A stretch of DNA of 64,000 bases. Source: Macrostomum lignano. Taxonomy: Eukaryota. Below, in pieces: positions 58,543 to 64,000 of this stretch (position 1 is the first letter of the stretch; the number at the start of each line of letters is the position of its first letter). The stretch is from the NCBI GenBank assembly GCA_002269645.1, contig NIVC01003892.1:7186-71185 (forward strand), given 5' to 3'. Made by a program: the position numbers and the translations under genes. Under the pieces are notes generated by a model that saw only the letters and a program-made list of their open reading frames with translations, made no database searches and was not told the DNA's origin.

Positions 58543-58674
58543 CCAATCAGAGTCGACCTGACCGCCCCCGGCTCGACCAATCAGAAAATTCGGCGCCGAT
58601 TTTAACAAAGGCCCACAGCCAATAGGAAAATTCGGCGCTCGCTATAACAAATCGGCCGCGTGAGATCTATAAAA
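58543..58674 (+). promoter_or_regulatory. Promoter-like cluster: three CCAAT boxes, a GC box and TATAAAA
   Basis: CCAAT at 58543, 58577 and 58619; CCGCCCC at 58562; duplicated AAAATTCGGCGC; TATAAAA at 58668-58674. Confidence 0.5.
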
Positions 58675-60919
58675 GGCGGCACGTCGGCTCGCGCTCGAAA
58701 AGGCCGTGCTCTTCCCCCCTGCGCCTCGAAAGGGTTTCCGGACCTTCGGCCTCGTTCCTCCTACCTTCGGCCGAGGTCACTCGTGATCCTTCCTCCACCG
58801 GCCTTCGCCCCCTGCCTGGTCAACTTCCTGACGTTCCGTCCCCCAAGCTTGGGTCATCGTCACCCATCAGCTTCCGCTTCACCAGTTAAGTCCCCCTGAA
58901 CAGCATCGCCCGTGACTTCCCGGTCGTAATCTAAGAGCAGCGACAGCAACCGGCCAGTGGAGAACAACTGCGGTGCTCATCAACTAAGATCAGCAGCAGC
59001 ATCCCATCCGAGCGCTTCGGTCTCTGTGGAATCCTTGGCAACCGGCGGTTAGGTCCTCTGATTGGTAGGGTGAGAGACTTTCTTGACCTGCTTAACTGGG
59101 TGCGCCCCTTGTCTGGCCCCTTCCTAGGTAGTCTGATAGGATTTGCACTTTTGCTTATTTGTTTTCGTGTGCCAAAATCGAGGCAGAAGTTCCGTATAAT
59201 ACTAAAAGTAGCCATTTGCTCTGACTCGATCTAAGGTGTTTAGGATTGCGGATTAAGTGAGAAAGTTAAATCTGGAAGTTAAAGACTTGGCGCTTTCTTT
59301 CTTTTTCACAATGCCTGCTGAGATAAGCGCGCTAGATCTAGGGGCAGAGGTCACAGTGGACCGGAAGCGGCACAGTTCCCAGTCAATCAGTCGATCTAAG
59401 CAATCAATATAAACATGCAAACTAAGGGCCAGGCTGGTACTTTCGTGCAGTCTCAGGCAGCTAAGCGGCTAAAACGAGATAAATGTTAGTCTAAAGATCT
59501 CCAAAGGCGGCAATGCATCTACATCATCGCTATCTGTCGACCTGCTAACACATTTAGTGCCAAAAGCGTGCAGTTACGTGTACTTGTACATGTAAACTTC
59601 TGGGAATTTGGTAGTACATTGGCGGTGCTTGAAAGCTCGCCAGCGCAAGAACCCCTGCAGAAGTCCTCTCTGTCCCTGCATGACCAATGCGATCTGAGTC
59701 CCAGCAGTGTCCTTCTATTCGGCTATTACTTCGGATAGACAGCTAAAAGACACTAGATGGCAGGTAAGTGCAGTACCCCTCTAGTCGGAAGTCCGATTTC
59801 GACAGCTCCGGTTTGGTGAGCCGGGGCGCACGCACTGGTGGCAGCGGGTTAGTTAGTCTGCGGATTAGCTAATTTCTACCTTTCAAATTCCCCCTGCTTG
59901 TCTCTCGCTGTCTTCTCTTAGCTATAGGACCTAGCTGCTCGCCCACAATCTAGCTACCACGGGGCTGACCATCTGACAGGAGTGAGAGGCCAGAGTTCTC
60001 TCACTACAGGCTTTTAAGCTACAGGCTTAAAAGGCCGAACCCATCACAAGCACTGCAGAGACTACTAAGTTCAGTAGTTTATTTCGCACTGTCACGAAAC
60101 GCAAACTATTTTACATTGGCTTCTATGGCCACATAAGTGGTTAATGAGTGATATCCATCTTTTGCATATATGATCTTTAGGCGGAACCGCTCCTCTGAAG
60201 CGGTTGACGCGTCCAAAGAAGGTAGTAACCGTGGCCTATGGCCAGTATGTCTATGGCCACAAGACTATTGATTCAGTGTAAAATCAGCGGGATGGGCACG
60301 AAACTTCGAGACGACTGTCTATGGTAAATCCATACTTGACATACTGGACACGCGCCCTGGTCTGCTGCAGCGCCCATCTGTAAAACTGAAGAAAGTTTCT
60401 TAGAAACAGAAATGAAGGTGACAAGTGCTACTAACAGTAGTGCGGCACGGGTGCTTCTATTAGTATTTTAACTATTTTACACGCAACGTATATCGCCGAG
60501 ACGGATTAGGAGTAAGTGCAGCCGCGATGAAGTGCTGCCCGGTGATTGGATCTCTAGAGTCTTCCTCTGTCCATTCTCCTACTTCACTGCAATGGATCCC
60601 TGAGCTTCTGAAGGGGTGGCTGCTTAGACCGTCTTATCTAAGAATCCATTGGTAGCTAGAGGCCCAAGCTTCGTCCTAGCACTACCGTCCTGACCTGATT
60701 AGAGGGAGTTGCATCGTCCAAACCGAGATTTAGCTACAGACAACTACTATTTTTTCTTTAAGAAAAAGTTAGCCATAACTAAAACTCGCGGTGATGCCAG
60801 AGCCTCCGCTGCTGGCATCCAAATGATGCTTGCCTGCCGGATAGCGAAAGCAAACAGCTTCAGTGTCACTGGCAACAAATCTATCAACCCTCGTTGGTTG
60901 CGGCCACGCCAACAGAATA

Positions 60920-61053
60920 ATGTCTAGCGAAATTGAAGTGGAAGTGCAAGCCGAAGAGGAGATCCCTTATCCGGGATTCTATCCTATCGCGTTGCGCTAC
61001 TTTCATCAGCGTCATCCGGTCAGGAACTGGTGCCTGAGAGCCGTCACTTGGCC
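60920..61053 (+). CDS. First coding exon of a voltage-gated calcium channel alpha-1 subunit, T-type (Cav3)-like; the rest of the gene lies outside the window
   Basis: MSSEIEVEVQAEEEIPYPGFYPIALRYFHQRHPVRNWCLRAVTWP matches the Cav3 pre-IS1 motif (PYP..APV.F..L.Q...PR.WCLR.V.NPWFE) and ends at a U12-type donor. Confidence 0.85.
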
Positions 61054-61062
61054 ATATCCTTT
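61054..61062 (+). other. U12-type (AT-AC) 5' splice site ATATCCTTT
   Basis: Exact minor-intron donor consensus, phase 2 in the Pro codon. Read-through hits a stop after 4 codons. Confidence 0.85.
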
Positions 61063-62289
61063 TTTCTAATTCCGGTATGCATTCTAGAATTGTCTATATC
61101 AGCACCGATTCATGGACCACTGAGCTCTGTAGGCTGGACTGGATCCAGCAGTATTGTCCGTGTCAGAGAAACTTATCTCTGTTTTAGTTTTGTAGTTAGC
61201 ACAGCAGTGAGGATTTACCATAGACAGTCGTCTCGGGGTTTGTGCCCTCCCGCTGATTTTACAATGAATCAAAGGTCTTTTGGCCATAGACCATACCACA
61301 GATAACGACTAAAGTACTTGAGTTAGACTAATGAATCAATCATAGATTGCGCCTATGGTTTTGTGAATTGGACCATGATGAACTCACTAAACCACGATAA
61401 ACCATGATAGATTTATATCTTTTCAACTTCGAATTCCATTTACCATTTTATTTAAGAATTTTAAGAATATTTAAAACACTGATAATCATAGTCAAACAAT
61501 GTTTCCACTTTCGTCTATGGTCAAAACACCGTCTATAGTCTATGGCACAGCAGACAGAGCATCGAATTTAAGACACAGTGCGAATCTTCGAAGCTTGAGT
61601 TGAATATGGTTGGCCCCGTATCTCAAATTGAAGGCTCGGCTTCTTTTAATGGAACTAAAAATGTTATATTCATTCATTTTAAACTTTAAAGCAACATTCG
61701 AAGTTCATTAGGAAGGCCATTAAGACATAAAGCGCTTAACTAGGCCTAAATATCTGAAAGCATTGATGTATTAGCGTTCTCAGAGGAGCCGCACTACAAG
61801 AATAGCACTGAGCACACACACACTAATGCGAGACGAATAAAGAACTCGCTCTAAAACGACTCGAAAAAGGAATTGAGCGGGAGGTCGTTGGGGGGGGGGC
61901 ACTCCTTTAGCATTGCTTCTCTCTGCCCTAAGTACGATCGTAGTACATAAGACTTATTCGCGAGAAAAAAAGGCCTCAAAAATCTGCCAAATTAACTTTT
62001 ACTGGCCCAGGACCTAAGAGAGTAGTGAGAGGGTAGTGAGTAGTTAAACGAAATAGAGCGGAGCAGAGACGCTAATCGTGACCCCCCGCGGGGCTCAGTT
62101 TTAATTGACTGGCCTAAGAGTTGATGGAGCTGAGTGGAGAGAGAGAAGGAAAGCCAAGGGAAGATAAAAAAGGGGAGGGGGATAAATGTAATTTTCATCG
62201 CCCTTAGGGACGTCAAATTAGTCTATATACACGTATACATGTAGAGGATTCTGGCCACGTTCATGCTAAATGACTTCTCAAACCACATA

Positions 62290-62464
62290 TTCTATAGATG
62301 TGTCAGTCCAGCATTTGTTAGTGTGTTATCGCCAACCTAAGAGATTCTATATTACATAGATGTGTCAGTCCAGCATTTGTTAGTGTGTTATCGCCAACCT
62401 AAGAGATTCTATATTACATAGATGTGTCAGTCCAGCATTTGTTAGTGTGTTATCGCCAACCTAA
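62290..62464. repeat. 62-bp tandem repeat, about 3 units
   Basis: TAGATGTGTCAGTCCAGCATTTG at 62295, 62357 and 62419. Confidence 0.93.
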
Positions 62465-63924
62465 GGGCCACAGGCGCTCACATGCTGCTGCTAATGCTTG
62501 AGCGCAGCTGAAGCTACAGTCTATGGTCTTAACTCCCGGGGTTTCCTGGCCCCAAACAAAGAATCCATTACTCATAGACCTTAGCATTGAATGTTAAACT
62601 GATTAAATTTTCAAACTTTTACAACGAAAAATGTCATGTTAATATTATGAGTAAATAAATATTCACGAAACTTATTCGCGACAGAATATTCAAAATCAAA
62701 ATCGGGAATCTTAAAAACACTTTTTATTACGAGTGTATCAGCTTCAGCTGGCGCAGAATTGAATTAATGCTTCGGGGCAGCCCTTTCGCCAGCTGGGTAG
62801 GGTCTCTCCGCATGACTGGCTGCTCAGGGAACAGGCAGGAGGCGGGATGCAAGGAAAATTAGCATAACTACATTCCACGCCAGCTAACGGTATCTCGGTG
62901 TTGCAGACAAAAAAACTAAAGAAATTAAATCAGAATCTCCGCCCCAGAATAACCAGAAGCGAACAACAACATGCAGAAATCTTCTCTCCTGGGCATTCAT
63001 TTAATCTTGGCCATGAGCATAATTTTCGGCAAGACTCCCAATTGTCAGAGAATTTTGACACGCAATATTTTTAACAACTGAAAAAAGATCATCTTGTCCT
63101 GAAGAACGCCATAAATCTAAATGAGTTCTCTAACTCCTCTCTCACTGGAACACTGTAGCGTATAAAAGAGCCATGTGTTAGGTGGCTTGTTGAGCTAAGA
63201 ATAGTGTATGTTATTTCGTTTTTCTGCTCGGTAGGAGCGCAAATCAATAGTTAACCTGTTTTTAGGACAGCACAGTACACTATTGCGGTAGCCAGTCAGT
63301 CAGTCATTCCCGTTTCATTAATAAGAATTCGCTGACTTCCCTTTCCTTTATACAGCGATAGGGCGATTCAAAGCATTAAAATATCGTGCCAACACGGTAT
63401 CCCATCGCCCCTCAATTGCATTAGCCAAGCTCATATGAAATAGGAAGCCGAAGGCATTGCCCACATCCGCCTGGGCTGCAGTGCACGCATTCAGTGTAAT
63501 GCACTACTCTCTCCTCTCCGACACACACGCGCAAAAATGCTCTTCCGTTTTAGACACACACAGACACCACACACCACACAGACTCACTCCGATTTTTTTC
63601 TCCTTCTCTGGCTCTGCATCAGTCGTCGATTAGATTTCAGACTCGAACAGAACTTTTCAGCCGTAGGCCGCATGCAGGAAACGGAGGAGTTGCTTGCTTG
63701 CTCAAATTCAATACGGCAGTTGGGGGGGGGACCATGGCGAGGCGGGTATTGGGAGAAGATGAATTGTGTGCCAGAACCAGTTAAACTTGTGTTTGCACTG
63801 TGACACAACTCTCTCTCTCTCTCTCTCTCTCTCTCTGCTCACTGTTGAGCTTGCAGTCTGTAGTCGTTAGTCCTGGAAGAGCATCTGAAGGCTGCGTACG
63901 GCTGTTCAGTCCAAGGACTGGGGG

Positions 63925-64000
63925 GGGAGGTCGCCACACACACCCTCAATTACCCCAGCTAATGCTGGTTACCCATTTTACAGCTGGGTGAACTGAAGCA
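63925..64000 (-). mobile_element. 3' part of CORE-like SINE family A, cut by the window end
   Basis: The reverse complement reads TGCTTCAGTTCACCCAGCTGTAAAATGGGTAACCAGCATTAGCTGGGGTAATTGAGGGTGTG. Confidence 0.85.

Overview
Eukaryotic (animal) genomic DNA that is very rich in micro- and minisatellites. Gene style and satellite-filled introns are reminiscent of a free-living flatworm such as Macrostomum, but this is an unverified inference. I reconstructed spliced genes by hand from GT-AG boundaries and reading-frame continuity: (1) a secreted CUB-LDLa-trypsin-family protease (9 exons, 4037-9055, +); (2) a small secreted single-WSC-domain protein (3 exons, -); (3) a LITAF-domain protein (2 exons, +); (4) a charged low-complexity orphan (3 exons, -); (5) an AT-hook/Cys-rich orphan (4 exons, +); (6) a tyramine/octopamine-type amine GPCR (3 exons, +); (7) an orphan type-I membrane protein (3 exons, -); and (8) the first coding exon of a T-type (Cav3-like) calcium channel, ending at a minor-spliceosome ATATCCTTT donor. 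Mobile DNA includes a non-autonomous LTR element with identical 150-bp LTRs, a hAT-type MITE with an 8-bp TSD, two foldback-type elements with 8-9-bp TSDs, two tRNA-derived SINE families and a decayed R1/LOA-like LINE. Nearly all long ORFs in the supplied track are satellite artefacts. The most notable signals are the U12 intron, complementary repeat pairs placed in introns so that they could fold pre-mRNAs, the Phe-type zymogen activation site, and satellites growing from foldback transposon arms.
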